From NCBI GenBank assembly GCA_944350315.1, contig CALVON010000039.1, positions 48 through 64,047 of the forward strand: a DNA stretch of 64,000 nt, written 5' to 3'. The DNA comes from an uncultured Bacilli bacterium (GTDB lineage Bacteria > Bacillota_I > Bacilli_A > RF39 > UBA660). The notes beneath the pieces are model-generated. The model did not search any database and was not told where the DNA came from. It saw only the letters and a list, made by a program, of their open reading frames with translations. This document shows positions 11,250-22,858 of the stretch, piece by piece. Made by a program: the position numbers and the translations under genes. Position 1 is the first letter of the stretch, and each line of letters begins with the position of its first letter.

Positions 11250-12000
11250 TATCAAGTCAGAATATGAGATATCACTAATGAAAAAAGCTGGAAATATCGT
11301 TTATAAAACACACAAATACCTACAACCATATATAAAGCCAGGAATAACAACTAAAGAATTAGACAAATTAGCTTATGATTATATAATTAGTCAAGATGCA
11401 ATACCATCATTTTTAAACTATGAAGGTTTTCCTGCAAGCATATGCACTTCTATAAATGAAGAAGTCGTTCATGGAATACCATCTAATAGAAAACTTAAAA
11501 ATGGTGATATTATTGGAATTGATATTGGCGCTAATTACAAGGGATATCACGGTGATTCAGCATGGTCTTACAAAGTGGGAAATGTAACTAAAGAAAAAGA
11601 ATATCTTTTAGAACATACTGAAAAATCTTTATATGAAGGATTAAAAGAAGTTAGACCAGGGAATCATATTGGAGATATTTCAAACGCAATTGAAACATAT
11701 GCTAAAAACCATCATTTAGGAGTAGTAAAAGAACTAGTTGGTCATGGTGTAGGAAATCATCTACATGAAGAACCAGATGTTCCAAACTATGGAAAAAAAG
11801 GCTCAGGCCCAATATTAAAAGAAGGAATGACTATAGCAATAGAGCCAATGTTAAATTTAGGAACTAGTAAAATATATATTCTCGATGACGACTGGACAAT
11901 CATCACAAGAGATGGTCTACCATCTGCACATTTTGAACACACCGTTGTCGTTACTAAAGATGGATATAAAATATTAACAGGAGATGATAATTTTGAGTAA
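11242..12000 (+). CDS. map: methionine aminopeptidase type I
   Basis: 252 aa with metal ligands in the D..D, H, E, E pattern ([23 protein letters not shown]). Confidence 0.94.
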   Translation: MISIKSEYEISLMKKAGNIVYKTHKYLQPYIKPGITTKELDKLAYDYIISQDAIPSFLNYEGFPASICTSINEEVVHGIPSNRKLKNGDIIGIDIGANYKGYHGDSAWSYKVGNVTKEKEYLLEHTEKSLYEGLKEVRPGNHIGDISNAIETYAKNHHLGVVKELVGHGVGNHLHEEPDVPNYGKKGSGPILKEGMTIAIEPMLNLGTSKIYILDDDWTIITRDGLPSAHFEHTVVVTKDGYKILTGDDNFE

Positions 12001-12211
12001 GAACAATATTATTGAAGCCCAAGGAAAAGTTATTGATTTAATAAAAGGTGGTTTCTTTAAAGTTGAACTTGAAGGTGGACATATAGTAGAAGCCCATGTT
12101 TCTGGTAAAATGCGCGTAAACAATATACGTATTTTACCAGGCGATACTGTTGTTGTAGAATTATCACCATATGACTTAACACATGGGCGAATTGTATATA
12201 ATAAAAAATAA
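11993..12211 (+). CDS. infA: translation initiation factor IF-1
   Basis: The TTG at 11993 gives a 72-aa product, (M)[12 protein letters not shown]...[18 protein letters not shown], collinear with canonical IF-1. AGGAG lies about 10 nt upstream. Confidence 0.9.
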   Translation: MSKNNIIEAQGKVIDLIKGGFFKVELEGGHIVEAHVSGKMRVNNIRILPGDTVVVELSPYDLTHGRIVYNKK

Positions 12212-12343
<132 letters not shown>

Positions 12344-12361
12344 TAATAGGGAGGAAAAAAG

Positions 12362-12730
12362 ATGGCAAGAATTAAAGGTATTGATATACCAAATGATAAA
12401 AGAATTGAAATATCACTAACTTATATATATGGTATAGGTAGAAAATTATCAAAGAAAATATTAACTGCTGCAAATATAGATTTAGACAAAAAAGCCAAAG
12501 ACTTAACAGAAGATGAATTAGCAAGTATCAGAAAAGAAATAGACAAATATACTGTTGAAGGCGATTTAAGACGTGAAGTTAATATGAACATAAAAACCAA
12601 AATGGAAATTAATTCATACCAAGGAATTAGACATAAAAAAAATCTACCTGTAAGAGGACAAAGAACTAATAGAAATGCTAGAACTCGTAAAGGTAAAGGA
12701 AAAGTTGTAGCTAATAAAAAGAAAGCTTAG
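12362..12730 (+). CDS. rpsM: 30S ribosomal protein S13
   Basis: [14 protein letters not shown]. Confidence 0.97.
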   Translation: MARIKGIDIPNDKRIEISLTYIYGIGRKLSKKILTAANIDLDKKAKDLTEDELASIRKEIDKYTVEGDLRREVNMNIKTKMEINSYQGIRHKKNLPVRGQRTNRNARTRKGKGKVVANKKKA

Positions 12731-12751
12731 TATTAAAAGGAGGATATTTAT

Positions 12752-13141
12752 ATGGGAAAAACATATAACGCTAGAAAACGTAAGGTTAAGAAAAATGTTC
12801 CACACGGATGTGTACATGTTCATACAACTTTTAATAACACTGTTATTACAATAACTGATAAAGATGGAAATACAATCAGTTGGGCATCAGCTGGAACAAT
12901 GGGAATAAAAGGTAGCAAGAAATCTACTCCATTTGCCGCAGGAATGGCTGCTGAAAAAGCTGCTAAAGCCGCAGTAGATTCTGGCATGAAAACTGTAGAT
13001 GTATTTGTAAAAGGATTAGGTGCTGGAAGAGAATCAGCTGTAAGATCATTAGCAACTGCAGGTTTAGAAGTTAAATCAATTACTGATGTAACACCAATTC
13101 CACATAACGGATGTCGTCCACCAAAGAAACGTCGTGGATAA
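12752..13141 (+). CDS. rpsK: 30S ribosomal protein S11
   Basis: [15 protein letters not shown]...[15 protein letters not shown]. Confidence 0.97.
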   Translation: MGKTYNARKRKVKKNVPHGCVHVHTTFNNTVITITDKDGNTISWASAGTMGIKGSKKSTPFAAGMAAEKAAKAAVDSGMKTVDVFVKGLGAGRESAVRSLATAGLEVKSITDVTPIPHNGCRPPKKRRG

Positions 13142-13160
13142 AAGAAAGGGAGTGTGTTAA

Positions 13161-14114
13161 ATGTTAAAATTTGAAAAACCAGAATATAAAGTAAAAGAAT
13201 ATGTAAGAGATAATTTCTATGGAAAATTTGAAATAGAACCATTAGAAAGAGGATTTGGAACAACCCTAGGAAATGCATTAAGAAGAGTAATGCTATCAAG
13301 TTTACCAGGAGATGCTATTACTAGTATTAAAATAGACGGAGTAGCCCATGAATTTCAAAAAATTGATGGAGTTATAGAAGATGTTACGGCAATCGTTTTA
13401 AATGTCAAAAGCATTGTACTAAAAAATCACTCAAACGACTACAATAAAATACTTCGTATTAGTAAAAATGTAGCAGGACCAGTTACTGCTGCTGATATTG
13501 AAAAAGATGCTGACATTGAAATATTTAATCCTGATTTAGTAATCTGCAATTTAGCAGAAGGTGGAAGTATAAATATCGAAATGACAATTTCTAGTGGTAG
13601 AGGATATGTAAGAGCTGAAGAAAACAAGAAACTATTTGAAAAAAATAAAATGAATGTAATTGCAATCGACAGTTCATACTCTCCAATAGAAAGAATTAAT
13701 TATGAAGTTGAACCTGCAAGAGTAGGACAAAACGATCATTATGATAAATTAATTCTTGAAGTATGGACAAATGGTTCTATTACCCCAGAAGAATCAATAG
13801 CTCTTGGAAGTAGAATTTTAATAGAACATTTTGAAATATTGGCCGATTTAAATGAAATTGCCGATGAAACTGGTTTAATGATTGCTAAAGTTGAAGATCC
13901 TAACGTTAAAATATTAGAAACTTCAATTGATGATTTAGATTTATCAGTAAGAGCATATAATTGCTTGAAAAGAGCTGGAATTTTAACACTTAAAAATTTA
14001 GTTGACAAAAGTGAAAATGAAATGATGAAGATAAGAAACTTAGGTAAAAAATCTTTAAAAGAAGTAATGGATAAAGTAAAAGATATGGGACTAAGTTTTA
14101 GATCTGAAGACTAA
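13161..14114 (+). CDS. rpoA: DNA-directed RNA polymerase alpha subunit
   Basis: 317 aa. GTTLGNALRRVMLSS and the C-terminal LDLSVRAYNCLKRAGI. Confidence 0.96.
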   Translation: MLKFEKPEYKVKEYVRDNFYGKFEIEPLERGFGTTLGNALRRVMLSSLPGDAITSIKIDGVAHEFQKIDGVIEDVTAIVLNVKSIVLKNHSNDYNKILRISKNVAGPVTAADIEKDADIEIFNPDLVICNLAEGGSINIEMTISSGRGYVRAEENKKLFEKNKMNVIAIDSSYSPIERINYEVEPARVGQNDHYDKLILEVWTNGSITPEESIALGSRILIEHFEILADLNEIADETGLMIAKVEDPNVKILETSIDDLDLSVRAYNCLKRAGILTLKNLVDKSENEMMKIRNLGKKSLKEVMDKVKDMGLSFRSED

Positions 14115-14129
14115 AAGGAGGAACATATA

Positions 14130-14471
14130 ATGGCATACAGAAAATTAGGAAGAGATAATAAACACAGAAGAAGTATGTTAGCTACTTTAACAAAACAACT
14201 TATAGAAAACGAAAGAATTATAACAACAGAAACAAGAGCAAAAGAAGTAAGAAAATATTTTGATAAAATGGTAACATATGGAAAAAATGGTTCACTTGTA
14301 TCGCGTAGATTAGCACTAGCATTTTTACACAACGATGAAGCATGTGTATCTAAAGTGTTCAATGAATTAGCTCCACGTTATAAAGATAGAAATGGTGGCT
14401 ACACAAGAATTGTTAAATATAAAGAGAGAAAAGGAGATAATGCATTAACCGTTATCTTAGAATTAGTATAA
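14130..14471 (+). CDS. rplQ: 50S ribosomal protein L17
   Basis: [17 protein letters not shown]. Confidence 0.96.
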   Translation: MAYRKLGRDNKHRRSMLATLTKQLIENERIITTETRAKEVRKYFDKMVTYGKNGSLVSRRLALAFLHNDEACVSKVFNELAPRYKDRNGGYTRIVKYKERKGDNALTVILELV

Positions 14472-14472
14472 A

Positions 14473-14496
14473 AGGCAACAATGTTGTCTTTTTTTA
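14473..14496 (+). terminator. rho-independent terminator of the alpha operon
   Basis: GGCAAC-aat-GTTGTC hairpin followed by a T7 run. Confidence 0.6.
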
Positions 14497-14563
14497 TAAT
14501 TATAACAATTAAAAAATACTCATCTATTTTTTTCTTTCAAATTTTATTGTATAATATAAATAA

Positions 14564-16564
<2,001 letters not shown>

Positions 16565-16579
16565 CAAATAGGTGATATA

Positions 16580-17797
16580 ATGAATGAAAAATATAATAAA
16601 TATGCAACCCTTTTATTAAAAAAAGGACTAAATATAAAAAAAGATCAGCCACTACTTATAAAAGCTCCTATTGAAGCAATTGATTTTATAAGAGTATTAA
16701 CAGAAGTAGCATGCCAATTGGGTGTTAAGGATATATATTACGACTGGGATGATCTCAAATTAAAACATACAGAACTTAAATTCTTTGATGAAAAAGATAT
16801 AAAAAATAGTTTGTTTTGGAACAAAGAAATTCATGATAAATATGCTCAAAAAAATGCAGCTTTTCTATTTTTATGTTCATCAAATAATAATATGATGAAA
16901 GATATACCATCAGAAAAAATAAAAATAGCATCAACACACTCACTATATACTAGAAAACTATATCGCCAATTACAAGAAAATAATAAAATTAGTTGGTGCA
17001 TTGCATCAGTAGCCACAAAAGAGTGGGGAGACATGATATTTAAAAATGACAATAATTCTAAAGAGAAGTTATGGAATTTAATATTTGATATCTGTATGAT
17101 TAATTCTAAAGATCCATGTTTGTCTTGGAAAAATAAAATAGATAACAGCAAGCAATTATGTCAAAAATTAACTGATCTTAACATAAAAACTCTCCATTAT
17201 CAGAATAGTCTTGGAACTGACCTTACCGTTGAGTTAGCAAAAGAAGCGACATGGTGTGATGGTTCAAGCATAATAAATAATCAAACTCAAATTGTAAACA
17301 TTCCCACAGAAGAAGTATTTACTACACCTCATAAATATAAAACTAACGGCATAGTATATGCCTCAAAACCATTAGTACATTCAGGAATCATTATAAAAGA
17401 TATAAAGCTAGAATTTATAAATGGAAAAGTAGTTAATTATGATGCCACTACAGGAATAGAAGAATTAAAAAATATTATTGAATTTGATAAAGAATCCATG
17501 ATGTTAGGAGAAGTAGCATTAGTTAATGAAGATTCTAAAATATCAAATACAAATATTTTATTTTATGAAACCCTATTTGATGAAAATGCCTCATGTCATA
17601 TTGCCTTAGGACAAGGGTTTAAAGAATGTTTAACCGATTCATTTAAATTATCAAAATCATCTCTAGAGGAAATAGGCTATAATAAGTCAAAAAATCATGT
17701 AGATATCATGATTGGAACAAGCGATTTGACAATTACTGCAACTACTTATGATAATAAAGAAATAATACTATTTAAAAATGGAAATTTTAATATTTAA
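16580..17797 (+). CDS. M29 family aminopeptidase (PepS/AmpS-like)
   Basis: 405 aa. The N-terminal KYA.LL.K.GLNI.K.Q.L.I pattern and overall length fit aminopeptidase T/S. Confidence 0.7.
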   Translation: MNEKYNKYATLLLKKGLNIKKDQPLLIKAPIEAIDFIRVLTEVACQLGVKDIYYDWDDLKLKHTELKFFDEKDIKNSLFWNKEIHDKYAQKNAAFLFLCSSNNNMMKDIPSEKIKIASTHSLYTRKLYRQLQENNKISWCIASVATKEWGDMIFKNDNNSKEKLWNLIFDICMINSKDPCLSWKNKIDNSKQLCQKLTDLNIKTLHYQNSLGTDLTVELAKEATWCDGSSIINNQTQIVNIPTEEVFTTPHKYKTNGIVYASKPLVHSGIIIKDIKLEFINGKVVNYDATTGIEELKNIIEFDKESMMLGEVALVNEDSKISNTNILFYETLFDENASCHIALGQGFKECLTDSFKLSKSSLEEIGYNKSKNHVDIMIGTSDLTITATTYDNKEIILFKNGNFNI

Positions 17798-17846
17798 AAA
17801 ACACATAAAAAATTAAATTCTACTCATAATATAACTGGTGATATTT

Positions 17847-18284
17847 ATGAATGAAAATAATGAACTACTACTATATATGTACAAAAACGTCGATATGGGA
17901 GTAAAATCTACTACCAAGTTAATCAAATTATTAAATCAAAGAGATAATAAGATTAAAAATGTTGTTGAAGGACAATTAAAAGGCTATGAAAATTTTTATA
18001 AAAAAATTAAATCATTATTAAAAAGTAACAAAGTTGAGCCCAAAGGGAGTAGCTTAATTGCTGAAATTTCTTCTTCAATTGCCATGGATATGGAATTTAT
18101 GAAAGATAATAGTGATGCTAAAATAGCTGATATTCTTATTAGAGGATTTACCATGGGAAATATTGAAATAGATAAAAAGATTGATAAATTTAAAGATGAT
18201 GCCGATAAAAAAATAATAAAATTAGCCAAAGAACTAAAAAAATTTGGAGAAGAAAATATAGAATTATTAAAACCATATTTATAA
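17847..18284 (+). CDS. hypothetical helical protein
   Basis: ORF with a GGTGAT RBS. K/E-rich and predicted all-helical. No family recognised. Confidence 0.5.
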   Translation: MNENNELLLYMYKNVDMGVKSTTKLIKLLNQRDNKIKNVVEGQLKGYENFYKKIKSLLKSNKVEPKGSSLIAEISSSIAMDMEFMKDNSDAKIADILIRGFTMGNIEIDKKIDKFKDDADKKIIKLAKELKKFGEENIELLKPYL

Positions 18285-18318
18285 AATATTAAAAAATTAC
18301 TTTTTTAATATTTTTTTT
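18285..18318 (+). terminator. A/T-only 12-bp palindrome plus T-run, probable terminator
   Basis: AATATTAAAAAA-ttac-TTTTTTAATATT, then T6. Confidence 0.45.
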
Positions 18319-18404
18319 ATAATAATATTTAAAAAAATAACCTTTAGTATTGCAAAAAATAAACTTTTATGATATATTAATAATGCTTGTGATAAGTATG
18401 TCAT

Positions 18405-18481
18405 GGCGAGATAGCTCAGTTGGCTAGAGCATTCGGTTCATACCCGAAGGGTCGAGGGTTCGAATCCCCCTCTCGCTACCA
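18405..18481 (+). tRNA. trnM: tRNA-Met (anticodon CAT), elongator-like
   Basis: GGCGAGATAGCTCAGTTGGCTAGAGC...TTCGG-TTCATAC-CCGAA...GGTTCGAATCC...CTCGCTACCA. Cloverleaf with an encoded CCA. No C1:A72 initiator feature. Confidence 0.9.
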
Positions 18482-18493
18482 TTTAAGATTATT

Positions 18494-18519
18494 ACTAGAT
18501 AGAAATATCTAGTTTTTTT
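18494..18519 (+). terminator. rho-independent terminator after tRNA-Met
   Basis: ACTAGATA-gaaa-TATCTAGT, then T6. Confidence 0.7.
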
Positions 18520-18561
18520 ATTATTTAGTGTGATATTTTTGTTATTTCATTAGTTATTATA

Positions 18562-19448
18562 GTGAAAGCTTTCAAAAGCAATGGAGATGGTATATTGGAT
18601 AAGCAATTTATTAAAATCTTTAATTTATACAAAAATGATATATATAGATTAGCATATAGTTACACTAAAAATATATCCGACACTGATGATATAACTCAAA
18701 ATACATTTGTAAGTTATATAAACATATTGATATATTGAATAATCAGTCTCAAGATATAAAAAAATGGTTTGTTAAAGTTATATTAATGAATGTAAAACTT
18801 TTTATTATCATCTTAGAAAAAAAGATTATTGCCTTTACAGAAAAAGAAGAAAATACATTGTTAACCACTTTATATGACAATTATCCTTTAGAGGCAATAT
18901 TCCAATTGCAAAAAAAATATAAAACTATAATGTTTCTATATTATTATGAAAATTATAAAATTAAAGAAATATCAACTGATGCTATAAAAGTAAAAGAAAA
19001 TTTAGAAAGTCCTAAAATGACATTTAAAGAAGTTGAAGAAATGTTAAAATTCTCAATTCTTAAACTTCCAGAAAATAATACAAATGATATATATTATAGA
19101 ACGTCTTTAAATGATAATGGTTCTATTGGTAGAGTTGATTTATGGATTTTATATTTCTATAAAGAAAATGAAAATAAATATATCAGTGTATCAGTAAATA
19201 TATTTAATAAATATGCTGATGAGAGATACATATTAGTTTTTCAAGAAGGTATTGATGCTATGGGTGAAAAAAATATAGAAAATTCATATAAATCAGAAAA
19301 CTTAAATACTAATATTGTTGTATATACAAATGATTGGAGTGAAGAAAGATTAACAGCAACATTTGTATATGATGATATTTTATATCAATTTATAGGGCAT
19401 AATATTTTAAAAGATGAAATGACTTCTATAATGGAAACACTAAAGTAA
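18562..19448 (+). pseudogene. decayed ECF-type sigma-70 factor fused to an anti-sigma (DUF4367-like) remnant
   Basis: Sigma region 2 (FNLYKNDIYRLAYSYTKNISDTDDITQNTF) ends at the TGA at 18736. The next piece (IKKWFVKV) is in another frame. The conserved INECK motif is readable only in the third frame (18776 onward). Region 4 (KKYKTIMFLYYYENYKIKEIS) is back in the ORF-track frame and runs straight into a non-sigma domain with no HTH tail or TM. Confidence 0.7.
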
Positions 19449-19457
19449 AGTATATCA

Positions 19458-19485
19458 AGCAAATTTATGAAAGAATTTGCTTTTT
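19458..19485 (+). terminator. rho-independent terminator
   Basis: AGCAAATT-tatgaaag-AATTTGCT, then T5. Confidence 0.6.
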
Positions 19486-19541
19486 CTATGATATAATACT
19501 TATAACAAATGATATAGTAAATTTGTGAAATAGGAGGAAAA

Positions 19542-20132
19542 ATGAGCAAAAAGAAAAAAGTTATTTTAGGAATCATATGCATAATAGTTATTCTATTTGT
19601 CATTGATTTAATATGCATTTACACTATTGGTAGACCATTACTTGCCATAAAAAAGGGTAATGAAAAGATGTATGCAGGAATACTTTATGATGTATATTAT
19701 TGTGATGAATTTTCTACACCAAAAATAAAATTAAAAGGGACAAAATTCTGTTGTCCTAATGGCAATATTAATAAAAACAAAGAATCAACGATAGAAATAG
19801 CACAGATAAAAAATGTTTCCATGGATATTTATGATATTTCATTGACAGGAGCAACTCTAATAATAACCGATACAAATAAAAATCCATATACATATGGTGA
19901 ATGGTATAAAATAGAAAAAGAAGATAGTGGTAAATGGTATGACGTTAAACCAATTATAAATGACTATGGTTTCAATGATATTGCTTATCTTGTGAATGAT
20001 AATAATGAAGTGAAATTTATAATTAATTGGGAATGGCTATATGGGAAGTTACCAATAGGAAATTATAGAATTCTAAAGCAAGTAAATAATCAATATATAG
20101 CTGTAGAATTTAGTATTGCGAAAACCTCATAA
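19542..20132 (+). CDS. membrane-anchored extracytoplasmic protein, unknown function
   Basis: AGGAGG RBS. N-terminal TM (VILGIICIIVILFVIDLICIY) and a beta-rich C-terminal domain. Confidence 0.6.
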   Translation: MSKKKKVILGIICIIVILFVIDLICIYTIGRPLLAIKKGNEKMYAGILYDVYYCDEFSTPKIKLKGTKFCCPNGNINKNKESTIEIAQIKNVSMDIYDISLTGATLIITDTNKNPYTYGEWYKIEKEDSGKWYDVKPIINDYGFNDIAYLVNDNNEVKFIINWEWLYGKLPIGNYRILKQVNNQYIAVEFSIAKTS

Positions 20133-20177
20133 ATAATTATTTTAAATTATATATCACTGGCATATAAAATTTTAAAA

Positions 20178-20210
20178 GTTGAGAATACATTAAAATATTC
20201 TCAACTTTTT
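20178..20210 (+). terminator. rho-independent terminator
   Basis: GTTGAGAATA-cattaaaa-TATTCTCAAC, then T5. Confidence 0.75.
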
Positions 20211-20325
20211 AAAACCAAAATAATTACAAGATAAAACTAAACTAAATGTTTATTTAAGTAAACCAATAGTCGGTTGAATTTATATAAAAATAATAATAAA
20301 ATATAACTAATAAAGGAGGATTTAT

Positions 20326-20724
20326 ATGTCAAACAAAAGTATTGGTAAAATGATATATCAATTAAGAAGAAAGAAAGGAATGACACAAAATGATTTAGCT
20401 AAAAAAATGAATGTAAGCGATAAAGCAGTATCAAAATGGGAACGAAACTTATCTTACCCAGATATTAGCTCTATTCCAAAATTAGCAGAAATTCTAGGAA
20501 CAACAGTAGAAGAATTGCTAAATGCGCAATCTAAAAATAACAATATTAAAAATGATGAAATATTTAATATTATATTAATCAGTATTGGCTTAGCTATGGG
20601 AATTTGCATAGTAGTAACTTCAATATTAAAAAAAATTGATTTAAACAGTGCTATTACAATGTTAGGAATAGGTCTTTGTTGTTTATCAATATACCTATTA
20701 AAAAATAAAAATAATTTAAATTAA
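20326..20724 (+). CDS. XRE-family HTH regulator with two C-terminal transmembrane segments
   Basis: IYQLRRKKGMTQNDLAKKMNVSDKAVSKWERN is an HTH_3 motif. The C-terminal hydrophobic stretches are IFNIILISIGLAMGICIVV and ITMLGIGLCCLSIYLL. Confidence 0.8.
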   Translation: MSNKSIGKMIYQLRRKKGMTQNDLAKKMNVSDKAVSKWERNLSYPDISSIPKLAEILGTTVEELLNAQSKNNNIKNDEIFNIILISIGLAMGICIVVTSILKKIDLNSAITMLGIGLCCLSIYLLKNKNNLN

Positions 20725-20781
20725 GTGATTCTCAATCAAGAAATATGTAACACAAATGATAATTTGCACTAATTGCGAACA

Positions 20782-21228
20782 TTAGCTAAAATCTTTATCC
20801 CATTTGGTTATAACATCATATAATGGATCATCTTCATAAATATATTTAAAATATTGAGGCATAACAACATTGTATGCTCTTTTTTTCATTTCATTTAATG
20901 TTAGATATCTCTTATACAGAGTTATATCATATAGTTGTAGAGCAAAACATCTTTTTCTATTTTTTCCAAAATAATTAATAATATCGTTTTTATCTTTTCT
21001 TTTATCATACCCCGTCAAAGTTAAAATCTGGTTAACATCGCCACTCAATATTTTATTTACTCTAAAATATCCAATAATAGCTTTATCTCCTTTAGCAGAA
21101 TATACATAAATTTTTTCATTAAGCAATTCATTTTTTAATGGAGATTTTCTAAATTCATAAATTTTAGTGTTGTTAAAAATTTGTTTTGCATAAAAAGTAT
21201 TTATAGAAATAACAGTAATTTTTTTCAT
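20782..21228 (-). CDS. ASCH/PUA-like domain protein
   Basis: 148 aa. The I.....YA..I..G.K..EFRK pattern followed by a beta-barrel-like core resembles ASCH domains. Confidence 0.5.
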   Translation of the reverse strand: MKKITVISINTFYAKQIFNNTKIYEFRKSPLKNELLNEKIYVYSAKGDKAIIGYFRVNKILSGDVNQILTLTGYDKRKDKNDIINYFGKNRKRCFALQLYDITLYKRYLTLNEMKKRAYNVVMPQYFKYIYEDDPLYDVITKWDKDFS

Positions 21229-21248
21229 TTTTTCACCTCAATAAATTA

Positions 21249-22808
21249 TCAATTATAAGTAATAACCACATTATCATTACCAATTTTTTCAAATAGTACA
21301 AAAAATTCATCTTCATATAAAATTTTATAATTGAAATCATTTTTAAGAACATTATAAAAAGAATTATTATTTTTATATATAAGTGCATGGGTAATACCAT
21401 AAAAATTAAATTTTTCTTGATAATCCCTAATTATATATCGATAATCATCAAAAATATCATAATCAAATCCACTAAACTGTTTCGTATATAAATCAGCTCT
21501 AGAATCAATAAAAACAGGTATATCATAAAAAAGTAAATAACTTCCAAAATTATAATCATTAAATAATTTTATTTCACTTACATTTAAGTTTTCTTTTATA
21601 TATTTAGTAGCTTCCACTGGATAAAATTCATCATCGACAAAATCTTCTTTCATGTGATAATTAAATAGTAAACTAGACCCTACTAATGCTAACAAAATAC
21701 TAGATATAATGACAACTTTCTTGTTAAAAAAATTTAATAATCGTTTATCAACATAAAAGCCAAAATTCTCTAAAAACATAGTAAATACTCTTGCAAAGCA
21801 TATCGTTCCAATTAAAGCCAGTAGAGCCAGATGTCTAATTGACATAACAGACATAAACACCAAACCACATATCATAAAAAAGTCTCTTATCTTAATCTTT
21901 GAAATCAATGCCAACAATATTGTTTCAAAGGCAATAATGATTGTAAAAGGACTATTTATCCACGTAATCATTTGATGTTCCTGAATATAACTTTGAGAAT
22001 TTCCCATCATCGTCTTAATTAAATAAGTATAAGGCGTATCTTTAATAGGAGTTATAAAACCAGTCAATAGACTAACTAACATTATTAAAAATAACACTTT
22101 GATACTATCATTCTTATCTAAAATAAATTTTTTCTCTAAAAATAAAACTATTTTTCCTTTCTTTTTAAAATTTATTTTATTAATAAACCATGATATAACA
22201 TATTCAGCAAGATAGGGAAGATATAAAATAAAATAAAATGGCCATACTGCAACATGAATATTACATAAAAGCAATGAAATTAATAATAATCCAAATAAAT
22301 ATTTCTTTTTATTATTACGTAAAAAAGATTCTATAAAATAAATTTCTAGAGCAAATAAAATAAAACTAACCAATTGTGCTCTAGCAGTAACAAAACCACT
22401 AATAGCAAGTAGACATATAAATGTTGTAAAAGCAGATATTAATACATTTCCACAAACCCTCTTATTGGTTTTAAAAACCACCATTAATAAAATTATAAAC
22501 AAGATTATTGAAGAAAAATATATTCCCAAAAAACCAAAGAATTTATATATAATGTAAATAAAAACATCATATAACCAATGAGGATAAGTATATAAAAGAT
22601 TAGTATGAAAAGAAAAATGATCTAACATATCAATACCATTATTTAATATTAATTCCCCAATCTTAATCGTATAAAAAGTATCATTTTGAAATCCTTTCTT
22701 TACAGCACCTATAGCCAAAATAGAAATAAATATTAAAAAAAATCTACTAAATTTTTTCTTTAATTTTTCTTCATCAAACATAACTTTCTTTCTATTATTG
22801 TAATTCAT
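21249..22808 (-). CDS. large polytopic membrane protein, GT-C-like glycosyltransferase/polymerase candidate
   Basis: 519 aa with about 12 hydrophobic segments and a soluble C-terminal domain of about 140 aa. Sits next to a MOP flippase. Confidence 0.4.
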   Translation of the reverse strand: MNYNNRKKVMFDEEKLKKKFSRFFLIFISILAIGAVKKGFQNDTFYTIKIGELILNNGIDMLDHFSFHTNLLYTYPHWLYDVFIYIIYKFFGFLGIYFSSIILFIILLMVVFKTNKRVCGNVLISAFTTFICLLAISGFVTARAQLVSFILFALEIYFIESFLRNNKKKYLFGLLLISLLLCNIHVAVWPFYFILYLPYLAEYVISWFINKINFKKKGKIVLFLEKKFILDKNDSIKVLFLIMLVSLLTGFITPIKDTPYTYLIKTMMGNSQSYIQEHQMITWINSPFTIIIAFETILLALISKIKIRDFFMICGLVFMSVMSIRHLALLALIGTICFARVFTMFLENFGFYVDKRLLNFFNKKVVIISSILLALVGSSLLFNYHMKEDFVDDEFYPVEATKYIKENLNVSEIKLFNDYNFGSYLLFYDIPVFIDSRADLYTKQFSGFDYDIFDDYRYIIRDYQEKFNFYGITHALIYKNNNSFYNVLKNDFNYKILYEDEFFVLFEKIGNDNVVITYN

Positions 22809-22858
22809 TTAAACCACCAAGCCAAATATATCATATATCGTCCTTTTTTTCAATAATA

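Noticed and set aside
18482-21300. Integrated mobile element at tRNA-Met
   Set aside because: I detected no integrase or recombinase gene and no direct repeat of the tRNA 3' end. It is reported only as a low-confidence accessory islet, not as a mobile_element feature.
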